Shown: piece after piece, positions 19,369-31,064 of the stretch
Position numbering within the stretch: the first letter of the stretch is position 1
Layout: each line of letters starts with the position of its first letter
Position numbers and translations under genes: made by a program
Assembly (NCBI GenBank): GCA_043788365.1
Contig: JAYVTZ010000008.1
Coordinates: forward strand, 1-49,031
Direction: 5' to 3'
Length of the DNA: 49,031 nt
Origin: Burkholderiaceae bacterium
GTDB taxonomy: Bacteria > Patescibacteriota > Saccharimonadia > Saccharimonadales > AQU-01
The notes under the pieces: generated by a model
Told to the model about the DNA's origin: nothing
Seen by the model: the letters and a program-made list of their open reading frames with translations, nothing else
The model's database searches: none

Positions 19369-20346
19369 ATGACAAAAAACCCCACACCAATAGCTAAAAC
19401 TGTTACTAAAAAAGTCATAAAAGCTCCACCACTTAAAATTGAAGAAACCCAGACGCGTAAAATTAGACTAGCTAGCCATAAGTCATTTAAGCTCAGTAAA
19501 AAAGTAAGAATAAGAGACTCCAAACTTACCCCTGCCAAAAATACTGCCAGGGCAGCCTACACATTAATAAAGACTCATTGGCGCGTACTACTAGGAATCG
19601 TGGCTGTCTACGCTATTCTAGACGTCATACTCGTCAGAGGTTTAGGTGGTGCCAGCGTACTGAGCGTTAAAAGAACTTTTATCAGTCAAGGTGATACAAA
19701 CAATATTTCTCTGACCGCTAACTTGTTTAACTACTTAGTTGGCAACATAAACGCGTCAAATGGCGTGAATAGTGGGATTTATCAAACCATTTTGATTGTA
19801 ATTACCAGCCTAGTGATTATTTGGGCTTTAAGACAGCTAACAGCCGGAAAAGAAGTTAGCATTCGACGGGCCTTTTATAACGGCACCTATCCACTGATTG
19901 CCTTTTTGTTAGTTATAGCCGTGATTAGTGTCCAAATGATCCCATTTATAACTGGCTCTTGGTTGTATACGACAGTAGTTTCGGGCGGTATAGCCGTGAA
20001 TTCTGCCGAACGGGTTACAGCCCTAATCCTAACAACCTTACTAAGCACACTTTCTTTCTATATGATGACCTCGTCTATTTTTGCTCTCTATATCGTGACC
20101 TTGCCCGACGTCACACCTATGCAGGCCTTACGCTCGGCGCGGCAACTAGTCTTGCATCGGCGCTGGACTGTGCTTAGGAAAGTTTTGTTTCTACCATTTA
20201 TAATTTTGTTACTTGGAGGTTTAATAATGACACCTTTCCTAGTGTTTTTAACGCCCTTAGCTGACATTGTGTTTTTTGCGATTGTTGTGACAGCGCCACT
20301 GTTTATACACTCCTATATGTATCTACTTTATCGACAACTTCTCTAA
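19369..20346 (+). CDS. Hypothetical multi-pass membrane protein
   Basis: Basic N-terminus, about 6 TM helices, PMQALRSARQLV..R motif. Confidence 0.75.
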   Translation: MTKNPTPIAKTVTKKVIKAPPLKIEETQTRKIRLASHKSFKLSKKVRIRDSKLTPAKNTARAAYTLIKTHWRVLLGIVAVYAILDVILVRGLGGASVLSVKRTFISQGDTNNISLTANLFNYLVGNINASNGVNSGIYQTILIVITSLVIIWALRQLTAGKEVSIRRAFYNGTYPLIAFLLVIAVISVQMIPFITGSWLYTTVVSGGIAVNSAERVTALILTTLLSTLSFYMMTSSIFALYIVTLPDVTPMQALRSARQLVLHRRWTVLRKVLFLPFIILLLGGLIMTPFLVFLTPLADIVFFAIVVTAPLFIHSYMYLLYRQLL

Positions 20347-20361
20347 GAATATGAGCTATGA

Positions 20362-22401
<2,040 letters not shown>

Positions 22402-22440
22402 TAACTAGTCGAAATATAGTTGGCCCTGTATATTTAACTC

Positions 22441-23139
22441 ATGCGCTATTCTAGCAATAAGTTTTACTGTTTTTCACCACCGGTAATGCTGGCTACTATA
22501 ATTATTGAAATAGGCCTCTTGCTGTACACTGCAATCCGCTATCCCTTCAAGCCAGTGACCCGGATTGTGATGGTGATGTTATTCCTTTTGGCGCTATTTC
22601 AAATGGCCGAATACAGCATCTGTGGACGTCTTAGTTTGAGCGCCGGAACATGGTCAAGAATGGGCTACGTTGCAATTACCTTATTGCCCGCGCTGGGTAT
22701 TCATCTGATTCAAGAGATATCTAAACGAGGTACGAAATATCTGAAATACTTGGCGTACGCGAATGCATCAGTTTGGGTAGTCGTTTTTGGATTTTCTAAC
22801 AGTGCTTTTCGAAGTTATGTCTGTGAAGGTAACTATGTAATTTTTCACCTTACAAATTTTGCTGACAGCGCTTTCTTCTATTACTACTATTTTTGGCTAG
22901 GCGTAACTTTGTTTTTGATATGGCGTTGGGCCAAGACAGCTGTCAAAAGTCTGCGCGAGGCTTTGATATTGGTAGCGGTTGGCTATCTAGTATTTTTGGT
23001 TCCAACCACAGTAATTAATGGAATTAATGCTGACTCACGAAACGGTGTGCCGAGTATAATGTGTGGATTCGCGGTAATCTATGCAATTATTCTGGTTTTT
23101 GGTGTCTTGCCGATGACACTTGACAAACAAGATGCTTAA
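22441..23139 (+). CDS. Stand-alone 7TM membrane protein
   Basis: Seven hydrophobic segments; CFSPPVM, FQMAEY..C, PSIMCGFA. Confidence 0.7.
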   Translation: MRYSSNKFYCFSPPVMLATIIIEIGLLLYTAIRYPFKPVTRIVMVMLFLLALFQMAEYSICGRLSLSAGTWSRMGYVAITLLPALGIHLIQEISKRGTKYLKYLAYANASVWVVVFGFSNSAFRSYVCEGNYVIFHLTNFADSAFFYYYYFWLGVTLFLIWRWAKTAVKSLREALILVAVGYLVFLVPTTVINGINADSRNGVPSIMCGFAVIYAIILVFGVLPMTLDKQDA

Positions 23140-23154
23140 GTTTTAAATGAAGGT

Positions 23155-23303
23155 ATCTCGTGCGCTCTGCGGCGCGTGACCCGAGCCCTTATACACGAAG
23201 TTTGGTAATCTGATCACAGACTACTTCACTCGGAATAAGAGCCGGGCGAGAACAAAAACAATAAAAACAAAAACCACCTGCCGCGGGTGGGCGCGCACGA
23301 AAC
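23155..23303 (+). ncRNA. Candidate structured ncRNA (6S-like rod with A-rich bubble)
   Basis: tcgtgcgc/gcgcacga closing stem, ctgcggc/gccgcgg, cccg..cttat/ataag..cggg, gaagt/acttc; TTGACA-17-TTAAAT upstream; terminator downstream. Confidence 0.65.
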
Positions 23304-23341
23304 ATAAAGCTGACTCCTATTAACGGAGTTAGTTTTATTTT
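23304..23341 (+). terminator. Rho-independent terminator
   Basis: ataaagctgactcc/tattaac/ggagttagttttat followed by T residues. Confidence 0.75.
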
Positions 23342-23442
23342 AAAATAATTAATAATGTGACTTGTGCCGTTGACATGCGAGGTGTATATTTATCATTTGG
23401 CAGAATTAGGAAGAACAATTAAGTAAATCAAGGGAGACATGC

Positions 23443-23715
23443 ATGAATTTAGTAACACCTGGTAGCCATGTTGGTGAAGCTGGCTCACACGCAAACGAGC
23501 TTGTTATAAGGCAAGCAGACACTGAACACTGGTTAGCACTGGGTCCAGACGGTCAGAGCAAGGTCGTGGACAGTATCAGACAGCACCACCCAAGCCTACA
23601 TATTTCGGACTATGATCACCTTTCTGAGGCTAAGACACCTGGCGCAGTTGTTGATACTGTCACCGCTGTAGGGGTAGCGCCAGACACTGGTAAAGTTGCA
23701 CTATCAGGTCTATAA
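23443..23715 (+). CDS. Hypothetical protein
   Basis: 90-aa ORF, AGGGAG RBS, terminator downstream. Confidence 0.5.
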   Translation: MNLVTPGSHVGEAGSHANELVIRQADTEHWLALGPDGQSKVVDSIRQHHPSLHISDYDHLSEAKTPGAVVDTVTAVGVAPDTGKVALSGL

Positions 23716-23743
23716 GATAGTGCCGAAACAGATGATTTAATAT

Positions 23744-23776
23744 AAAAAAGACCTGAAGATAAACTTCGGGTCTTTT
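23744..23776. terminator. Bidirectional terminator
   Basis: aaaaaagacctgaag/ataaa/cttcgggtcttttt between the convergent ORF and tRNA-Ala. Confidence 0.8.
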
Positions 23777-23779
23777 TCT

Positions 23780-23856
23780 TGGTGGAGCTACAGGGACTCG
23801 AACCCTGGACCTCTTCCATGCCATGGAAGCGCTCTAGCCAACTGAGCTACAGCCCC
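23780..23856 (-). tRNA. tRNA-Ala (GGC)
   Basis: Reverse complement GGGGCTGTAGCTCAGTTGGCTAGAGCG-CTTCC-ATGGCAT-GGAAG...GGTTCGAGTCC...CTCCACCA; G3-U70 identity pair. Confidence 0.96.
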
Positions 23857-24047
23857 GTACATCATTGAACCTGAACGTTAATGCCTCGGTAATTATACCA
23901 GTTGGCTAGAGCGCTCAGCGCTATATTGATTCTTGCAACAATTTGCCCCAACCGAGCTTCGTCCCAAGCTTAACTTTCCAGAAATTATAGCATATTGTAG
24001 CTAAAGTAACACCTACATACACAATGATTAACTGGTACAATATACAG

Positions 24048-24950
24048 ATGTTGAGCAGCAAGAATTGGAGTAGGAACGACAAGATTAAATTTGGGCTATT
24101 CATTTGGCTTGGATTATTTGTAGTCGTTTTTTATAGCGTTAGCTGGTGGAGTCAGGTTTATAACAGTCCTACTAAAGTGTTTGCTGATATGATTGAGTCA
24201 AGTTTAACGACCAGTAGTGTAACCAAGCGGGTAAGGCAGGTTAATGACGATCAGTCTATCGAACGGGTAAGTTACATTGCATTTGGAGACCAAAATATTA
24301 GTCATACGTTCGAAACTCGCAGCCGAAGTAATGATGCCTATAAAAGCAGCATTGAGGAAGAAATAATTGGTACACCTACTAGGGACTACGTTCGATTTAA
24401 TAAAATCGCTTCTGACGCTAAACTTAAAGACGGAACAAAACCTGACTACAGCAATATAATTGGTGTTTGGGGGAGCACTAGTGCAAATTCTGCCGACAGC
24501 ACTTCTGCCAACAGTTTTGGGGTTGCGGCATTTGGAACGGTGCCAATAGCGCCACTGGGTCATAGTAACCGGAAATTAGTCACTGACCTAATAAAGTTAA
24601 CTAATGTCTACGATGTTGATACAGATCACGTAGTTAAGTCTAGGCCTAACGGTCGTGTACTCTATACTTATCACGTTAAGATTGATCCAAGGGCATACTT
24701 TGCTATGATCCAAAAGCTGTCATTGCTAGCCGGTGTGACAAATAACACAGTAGCTACTGATCAGCCACAGGCTAGCATAATCAGTGCGGACTTTACTGTC
24801 GACGTAATAGCTAGACAATTGGTTAAGATACATTTTGAGTCTAGCAATATTGACGAGCTATACGGCTCATATGGTGTATCATCAAAGGTAGAAATACCAT
24901 CTATCACCATTCCGTTAAGCGAGCTACAAACCAGAATTCAAAAGATATAA
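24048..24950 (+). CDS. Hypothetical membrane-anchored beta-rich protein
   Basis: N-terminal TM helix; start refined to ATG 24048, 6 nt after TGgTACAAT. Confidence 0.7.
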   Translation: MLSSKNWSRNDKIKFGLFIWLGLFVVVFYSVSWWSQVYNSPTKVFADMIESSLTTSSVTKRVRQVNDDQSIERVSYIAFGDQNISHTFETRSRSNDAYKSSIEEEIIGTPTRDYVRFNKIASDAKLKDGTKPDYSNIIGVWGSTSANSADSTSANSFGVAAFGTVPIAPLGHSNRKLVTDLIKLTNVYDVDTDHVVKSRPNGRVLYTYHVKIDPRAYFAMIQKLSLLAGVTNNTVATDQPQASIISADFTVDVIARQLVKIHFESSNIDELYGSYGVSSKVEIPSITIPLSELQTRIQKI

Positions 24951-24951
24951 T

Positions 24952-26217
24952 ATGAAGAAATTTGCAAAAAAATTAATCGTTATGGCTCTTGGCATGCAGG
25001 TCAGACGTTTGCGAGCAAAAAATGATTTCAAAACTATAATTGTTGGCGGTAGTGTTGGCAAGACCAGTACAAAATTTGCCGTCGCTCAACTTCTTAGCCA
25101 AAAGCTGCGAGTTCAGTATCAAAAAGGTAATTATAACGATATCGTGACTGTTCCTTTAGTTTACTTTGGTCTAACCGAACCGAGTCTGCTCAATGTGTTC
25201 GCATGGCTAAAGATATTAATAAAAACAGAACATCAACTACATAAAAATTATCCTTATGATGTAGTAGTTCTAGAGCTTGGTACGGATGGTCCTGGCCAAA
25301 TTGAACACTTTGCAAAATACTTACATGCTGACATTGCAATTATGACGGCTATTACCTATGAGCATATGGAATACTTCGGGACACTTGACGCCGTAGCTAA
25401 AGAAGAGCTAAGTCTTATAAGTCTAGCCGACAAAATAATTATCAATACAGATACGTGTGATGATAAGTTTCTTCATAAATTGAGCAATGTCGTAACAATT
25501 GGCTTTAGTAATGCGGACTATAGTTTAAAGGATGTCAGCTTTAGTAATTTGAGCCATAGTTTCACAGTTATCAAGAACGGCCATAGTTTACTAAAACTTA
25601 GTCATCCAAGCATCGCAAAATCGCAACTATATTCTTTGTTATCAGCGGTTGTAGTTGCTGATATTTATAGCTTTAATACCAAAGATATCGTTGATGGACT
25701 AGCCAGAGTTGAGGCGGCTAGTGGACGCATGAAACTACTAAAAGGTCTAAAGAACTCAACCATAATCGATGACACATATAACGCCAGCCCATTGGCAGTA
25801 AAGGGTGCGCTGGATACTTTGTACTCTATGGACGCCCCTCAAAAAATCGCGGTCTTGGGCAACATGAATGAACTAGGCGACATGTCCAAAACTGCTCATA
25901 TCGAAGTCGGTCATTACTGTGATCCTAAAAAGTTGTTTGCCGTCGTCACAATTGGCCCTGATGCCAATAAATACTTAGCCGAATCGGCTGAGAAGAGAGG
26001 ATGCAGAGTTGAGCGTTTTGATAATCCGTATGACGCTGGTGAGTGGGTTAAGGCCAATCTTAAAAACAGTACTTTGGTGTTGGTAAAGGGTTCACAGAAC
26101 CGTGTCTTTGCCGAAGAGGCAATTAAGACATTACTGGATGATAAGACTGACGTTGATAAGTTGGTCCGACAATCAGATTATTGGCTAAGAGTAAAACACG
26201 AACAGTTTGGGGCTTGA
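24952..26217 (+). CDS. murF: UDP-N-acetylmuramoyl-tripeptide--D-Ala-D-Ala ligase
   Basis: GSVGKTSTK, VLELGTD, IDDTYNASP, LGNMNELG, LVKGSQ; adjacent to ddl. Confidence 0.9.
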   Translation: MKKFAKKLIVMALGMQVRRLRAKNDFKTIIVGGSVGKTSTKFAVAQLLSQKLRVQYQKGNYNDIVTVPLVYFGLTEPSLLNVFAWLKILIKTEHQLHKNYPYDVVVLELGTDGPGQIEHFAKYLHADIAIMTAITYEHMEYFGTLDAVAKEELSLISLADKIIINTDTCDDKFLHKLSNVVTIGFSNADYSLKDVSFSNLSHSFTVIKNGHSLLKLSHPSIAKSQLYSLLSAVVVADIYSFNTKDIVDGLARVEAASGRMKLLKGLKNSTIIDDTYNASPLAVKGALDTLYSMDAPQKIAVLGNMNELGDMSKTAHIEVGHYCDPKKLFAVVTIGPDANKYLAESAEKRGCRVERFDNPYDAGEWVKANLKNSTLVLVKGSQNRVFAEEAIKTLLDDKTDVDKLVRQSDYWLRVKHEQFGA

Positions 26218-26221
26218 AATC

Positions 26222-27127
26222 ATGAAAATAGTCGTATTGGGGGGTGGCGATTCAGTCGAAAGAGAGGTATCGTTGCGCTCTGCTAAGAATGTAGCTCAGG
26301 GATTAAGGGATGCTGGGCATGACGTGGTTGAGGTAGATACGGTTAATGGTCTAGATATACTCGATAACATTGATCCAAAATCCATTGTATTTCCAATCCT
26401 GCACGGTGCCGGCGGCGAGGATGGCTCAATACAATCTGAACTTGAGGCAAGGCACTTTAAATATCTCGGATCAGGCATAGAGGCTAACAAAAATAGTTTT
26501 GATAAAAGTAAGACTAAGCAGATTTTGGCAAAAGGCGGGTTGCCTCTAGCGAAAGGTGAGGTGGTCACGCAAGACAGTTATTGGACAAGTCACCTCCAAA
26601 AGCACCCACACGTACTCAAAGTTTGCCGTGGCGGTTCAAGCCTAGGAACTTATATTGTTAAAGATTCTAAGAATATAGACAAGGAGCAGGTGACCAAGGT
26701 ATTTGCTCTCGATGACAGTGCCATACTCGAGGAATTAGTAGAGGGTATTGAAATAACTATCCCAATTCTTGGCAATAAGGCTTTGCCGGTAATAGAAATA
26801 GTGCCTCCAAATAACGAAGAGTTTAATTACGAAAATAAATATAACGGTAAGACTCAAGACATTTGTCCGGCGGTTTCAATAAGTTCTGAGCAACAGGCTA
26901 AGGCCCAAAGGCTAGCCGAAAAAGTTCACGAACTACTTGGTTGCAGGCATTGGTCCAGAGTCGACATGATTGTTAGGCCAAACGGAGACATTATTGTGCT
27001 AGAAATAAACACCATACCTGGGATGAATGTTCAAAGCTTGTATCCAGTCTCGGCACGAGAAGCCGGTTACTCGTTACCACAGTTGATGAATGAATTTATA
27101 AGGCTCGTGAATGGTCAAAATATTTGA
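26222..27127 (+). CDS. ddl: D-alanine--D-alanine ligase
   Basis: GGDSVEREVSLRS, LHGAGGEDG, GSSLG, LEINTIPGM; start refined to MKIVV. Confidence 0.95.
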   Translation: MKIVVLGGGDSVEREVSLRSAKNVAQGLRDAGHDVVEVDTVNGLDILDNIDPKSIVFPILHGAGGEDGSIQSELEARHFKYLGSGIEANKNSFDKSKTKQILAKGGLPLAKGEVVTQDSYWTSHLQKHPHVLKVCRGGSSLGTYIVKDSKNIDKEQVTKVFALDDSAILEELVEGIEITIPILGNKALPVIEIVPPNNEEFNYENKYNGKTQDICPAVSISSEQQAKAQRLAEKVHELLGCRHWSRVDMIVRPNGDIIVLEINTIPGMNVQSLYPVSAREAGYSLPQLMNEFIRLVNGQNI

Positions 27128-27163
27128 CCACAACAACGATATTACTGTAACCTTACTAGCACC

Positions 27164-28060
27164 GTGAAGGGTGTAAAAAAGCTAAAAATTGAACAGGGTC
27201 TCAGGGCCAAGATGCACACTTATATAACCGAAGTGCTGCTGCTGTGTTTGATTATTGCCTTTTTCGTTACCCTGTCATACATATTGAATACTTCTATAAA
27301 TCAGTCAAAGTCGAGTCAAAAATTATCAAGAAGAGGCCCGAACCACTATTCAGGCTTAGCCTTGGCGGCCGATAGCACAACGCCACTACCAGAACTAATG
27401 CCCGAGGAGAGTGATCTCAGTGATGAGTTAATCAATCGACTGAATAATTTGCCACCTCCATCGGCAGATTGTGCGGTTGTGCAGTGTGTAGCATTAACAT
27501 TTGATGACGGACCTGATGCCGTTTCGACCACACCAATACTAGATGCGTTAGCACGAGAACACGTGCTTGCAACATTCTTCTTAATTGGTAACCGAGTGCA
27601 AAACAATGCTGCTCAGGTAAGGCGGATGTATGAAGACGGCCACTTAATCGAAAATCACAGCTGGGCTCACCCTGACTTTATAAAATTAAATGCTGCTCAG
27701 ACTAAACAGCAAGTCGAATTAACTCAGAATGCTATTACCTCATTGGGTCTGCCGGCACCGACGATGTTTCGGCCACCGTATGGCAATCGTAGCAACACTA
27801 CTCGTCAAAACGTCAACTTGCCCATCATTATGTGGAATGTTGACCCCAAAGATTGGCGCGAGAAAGACCCAAATCGTATCGTTGAACTTGTCGAATCACA
27901 AGCAAAACCAGGGGCAATTATCTTGATGCACGACCGTGTCGCTACTGCGGCGGCGCTGCCAAAAATATTACATGATTTAAAACAGCGCTATCATCTCGTC
28001 ACGGTCAAGGAGTTGCTCAACTTGCCCGACAACGCTCGGGGAGAGTTTTTTGGTCGTTAA
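27164..28060 (+). CDS. Polysaccharide/peptidoglycan deacetylase (CE4, NodB domain)
   Basis: LTFDDGP, NHSWAH, FRPPYG, DPKDW, ILMHD; N-terminal TM helix. Confidence 0.93.
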   Translation: MKGVKKLKIEQGLRAKMHTYITEVLLLCLIIAFFVTLSYILNTSINQSKSSQKLSRRGPNHYSGLALAADSTTPLPELMPEESDLSDELINRLNNLPPPSADCAVVQCVALTFDDGPDAVSTTPILDALAREHVLATFFLIGNRVQNNAAQVRRMYEDGHLIENHSWAHPDFIKLNAAQTKQQVELTQNAITSLGLPAPTMFRPPYGNRSNTTRQNVNLPIIMWNVDPKDWREKDPNRIVELVESQAKPGAIILMHDRVATAAALPKILHDLKQRYHLVTVKELLNLPDNARGEFFGR

Positions 28061-28078
28061 TCAGTTATAATAATAGTA

Positions 28079-30529
28079 ATGCAGCGCTATAACCCAAAAG
28101 AGATTGAACAGAAGTGGCAAAAGTGGTGGGATGACGAAAAAACCTATCAAGTTGACTTCAATAGTCCAAAAACCAAATACGTCGGCATGGGCATGTTTAA
28201 TTACCCGAGCGGGGCCGGCATACATATTGGTCACGCCATGAATTACACGATTAGTGACGTCATGGCTAGGTTTAAGCGCCAGCAGGGTTATGAGAGTTAT
28301 CATCCGGTTGGTTGGGACTCCTTTGGTTTGCCGGCCGAAAATTATGCCATTAAGTCGGGCGTGTCGCCGCAAGCTAGTATGGCGACGATTATCCCAAGTT
28401 ATCACACGCAATATAAAGCCATGGGTTGGAGTAATGATTGGTCCAAGGAAATCGCCACGCACGAGCCAAGTTATTACAAATGGACGCAGTGGATATTTAG
28501 CCAGATGTATCAGGCTGGTTTGGTTTATCAGGACTCGCGGATGCAGTGGTGGTGTGAAAAATGCCAAACCGTATTATCAAACGAGCAAGTTATCGACGGT
28601 AAATGTTGGCGACACGATAGTGTGGATGACGTAGAAGTCGCGAAACGCGAAGTTAAACAGTGGTTTTTCAAGATTACTGACTACGCTGATGAGCTGCTCG
28701 AAGCCATCGACGACCTTGATTGGACGGAAACAGTTAAAACCGCACAAAAAAACTGGATCGGCAAAAGTAAGGGCACTGAGATTAGCTTCGCAGTTGCCAG
28801 TAGCGAGCAGCAAGCAGTAAGTGATGATAACATCACTGTTTTTACGACCAGACCTGATACGCTTTTTGGGGCGACATTTTTAGTACTGGCACCGGAGCAT
28901 CCACTGGTTAACAAGTTAACAGTCGAAAGTCAAAAGTCCAAAGTCGAAAGTTATGTCAAATCAGCCACCAAAAAAACTGAAGTTGAACGTCAAGCCAACA
29001 AAGACAAATCCGGCGTATTCAGCGGATCATATGCCATCAATCCAATTAATAACGCCAAAATTCCAATTTGGATTGCCGACTATGTTTTGGTTGGCTACGG
29101 TACCGGCGCCATTATGGCCGTCCCCGCTCACGACGAACGCGATAATGAGTTTGCAATAAAACACGAGATGCCAATTATTACAGTAATTGATACTCCTGAA
29201 GCTGATATTTCTGCAGAAGGTAAAATGTTAAACTCAAGTATTTATGATGGTTTAACATCTAGTGACGCTCGCGAGAAAATAGTCACTGATTTGGCCGCCA
29301 AAAAGCTGGCTGTCGACAAAACTATTTACAAAATTCGCGACTGGAGTGTATCGCGGCAGCGCTATTGGGGGGCGCCGATTCCGATTATTAATTGTCAAAA
29401 ATGTGGTCAAGTTCTGGTGCCCGACGACCAGTTGCCAGTAATTTTACCAGAGCTTGAGGACTTCCAACCGAGCGGTGATGGCCGCAGTGCTCTAGCCAGA
29501 GCAACCGAGTGGCTGAATGTTGCCTGTCCTAACTGTGGCGGTCCTGCCGAGCGCGAGACTGACACGCTTGATACCTACATCTGTAGTAGTTGGTATATGC
29601 TGCGCTACATGGACCCCGCCAACAACGATCAGATATTTAACAGTGACCAAGTCAACCACTGGTTACCAATTGATTTTTATAACGGTGCCGACCACGCTAC
29701 TGCCCATTTAATTTATGCTCGCTTCGTGACTAGATTTTTTCACAAGCGTGGTTTAGTCGATCACCCCGAACCATTCAAAAAATTTCTGTTTAATGGCAAA
29801 GTCTTGGCCGCGGATGGTCAAATGTTTAGCAAGAGCAAAGGCAATGGCATTGACCCGCTTGAGATCATCAACAGTGGTTACGGTGCTGACGCCCTTCGGA
29901 CTTATTTGATGTTTGCGGCACCACTTGATTTGTCGGTTCGTTGGGATGCCGGTGGCGTACCAGGTACTTACCGTTTTTTAAACCGGGTTTGGAATCTTGT
30001 CCATGAATTTCTTGAATCTAAGTCAGCCAGCGACCAGCAGTCCGACGCCGCTCTACGTGTCATTCATCCGGCGATCAAGAAAGTCACCGCCGACTTAGAG
30101 GAGCAAAAATACAATACGGCGATTGCTGCCATGATGCAGGCTTGTAATAGTCTCTATGACTTAAAGGCAAAAAGTAGCTTTAACGATAATCAGAATTGGC
30201 AAACAACTCTCGAATCTTTGGTAATGCTAATGGCTCCATTTGCTCCCCATGTCGCCGAGCAGTTATGGCATGACTTAGGCCACGACGATAGCGTCAACAA
30301 AGACAACTGGCCAACTTGGGATGAACAATACATCATATCTGACACTATGACAATTGTTGTCCAGGTAAATGGCAAGGTAAGGGGTGAAGTTGTGGTGCCA
30401 AAATCCGCTGACCAAAATACGGTGCTTGAAGCTGCCATGACTAATGAAAAAGTTGCTAGCTATGTTACTAACGACCCAGTTAAGATTATTTACGTGTCAG
30501 GACGGTTATTAAGTCTAGTCGTTCGTTAA
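28079..30529 (+). CDS. leuS: Leucine--tRNA ligase
   Basis: YPSG..IHIGH, FTTRPDT editing motif, GTGAIMAVPAHD, SRQRYWG, QVNGK. Confidence 0.97.
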   Translation: MQRYNPKEIEQKWQKWWDDEKTYQVDFNSPKTKYVGMGMFNYPSGAGIHIGHAMNYTISDVMARFKRQQGYESYHPVGWDSFGLPAENYAIKSGVSPQASMATIIPSYHTQYKAMGWSNDWSKEIATHEPSYYKWTQWIFSQMYQAGLVYQDSRMQWWCEKCQTVLSNEQVIDGKCWRHDSVDDVEVAKREVKQWFFKITDYADELLEAIDDLDWTETVKTAQKNWIGKSKGTEISFAVASSEQQAVSDDNITVFTTRPDTLFGATFLVLAPEHPLVNKLTVESQKSKVESYVKSATKKTEVERQANKDKSGVFSGSYAINPINNAKIPIWIADYVLVGYGTGAIMAVPAHDERDNEFAIKHEMPIITVIDTPEADISAEGKMLNSSIYDGLTSSDAREKIVTDLAAKKLAVDKTIYKIRDWSVSRQRYWGAPIPIINCQKCGQVLVPDDQLPVILPELEDFQPSGDGRSALARATEWLNVACPNCGGPAERETDTLDTYICSSWYMLRYMDPANNDQIFNSDQVNHWLPIDFYNGADHATAHLIYARFVTRFFHKRGLVDHPEPFKKFLFNGKVLAADGQMFSKSKGNGIDPLEIINSGYGADALRTYLMFAAPLDLSVRWDAGGVPGTYRFLNRVWNLVHEFLESKSASDQQSDAALRVIHPAIKKVTADLEEQKYNTAIAAMMQACNSLYDLKAKSSFNDNQNWQTTLESLVMLMAPFAPHVAEQLWHDLGHDDSVNKDNWPTWDEQYIISDTMTIVVQVNGKVRGEVVVPKSADQNTVLEAAMTNEKVASYVTNDPVKIIYVSGRLLSLVVR

Positions 30530-30532
30530 AAC

Positions 30533-30946
30533 TTAACCTAGAGCGTCTCCGCAACTTGTTGGTAGATTGATCTCTGTACCGACGGCATTTTGAAGATACT
30601 GACCTTGCGGTAAATGTTCTTCAACAAATGTTTGGGCCGCGGTTGCGGCCGCACCAATCGATACGCCATCAGTTAGCTGGATTTTACCTTCGGCGACAAA
30701 TTCATAGAATGTATCACCAGCCTTATATGGCACGGGGTTTGGGCTTGTCGATTCACAAGTTACACCCGGGATTGGCTTTGGCGCATCAAAACTACCTGTC
30801 GGGATGGCAAACGAAGCCACGATGGCACTTGCCCCAACTGTACTTGCAACACCAGCATAGAATCGCGCAGAACGTTTAGCGCGTTCGTGACCACCACTGC
30901 CCGACTCATGCCTGAACGACTTAGATTCACCTACTCTCTGAAGCAT
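30533..30946 (-). CDS. Hypothetical membrane-anchored protein with a LysM-like C-terminus
   Basis: TM segment then YKAGDTFYEF...GTEINLP; start refined to MLQRV. Confidence 0.5.
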   Translation of the reverse strand: MLQRVGESKSFRHESGSGGHERAKRSARFYAGVASTVGASAIVASFAIPTGSFDAPKPIPGVTCESTSPNPVPYKAGDTFYEFVAEGKIQLTDGVSIGAAATAAQTFVEEHLPQGQYLQNAVGTEINLPTSCGDALG

Positions 30947-31064
30947 ACTTAAATTTATACGCTTGTAAATGATTTTAAGCAATTTAATTCAAGTTGCCAA
31001 AAGGGTAGTTTAAGAGGTATAATAGCCTTAAATTATATCAAAATAACTAAAAAGGACAGTTATT

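Noticed and set aside
23616-23819. Minus-strand 67-aa ORF
   Set aside because: It starts inside tRNA-Ala and crosses a terminator.
28061-30438. Antisense and alternate-frame ORFs within leuS (likewise in ligA, kup and the A2M-like gene)
   Set aside because: No motifs or RBS; expected shadows of long genes.
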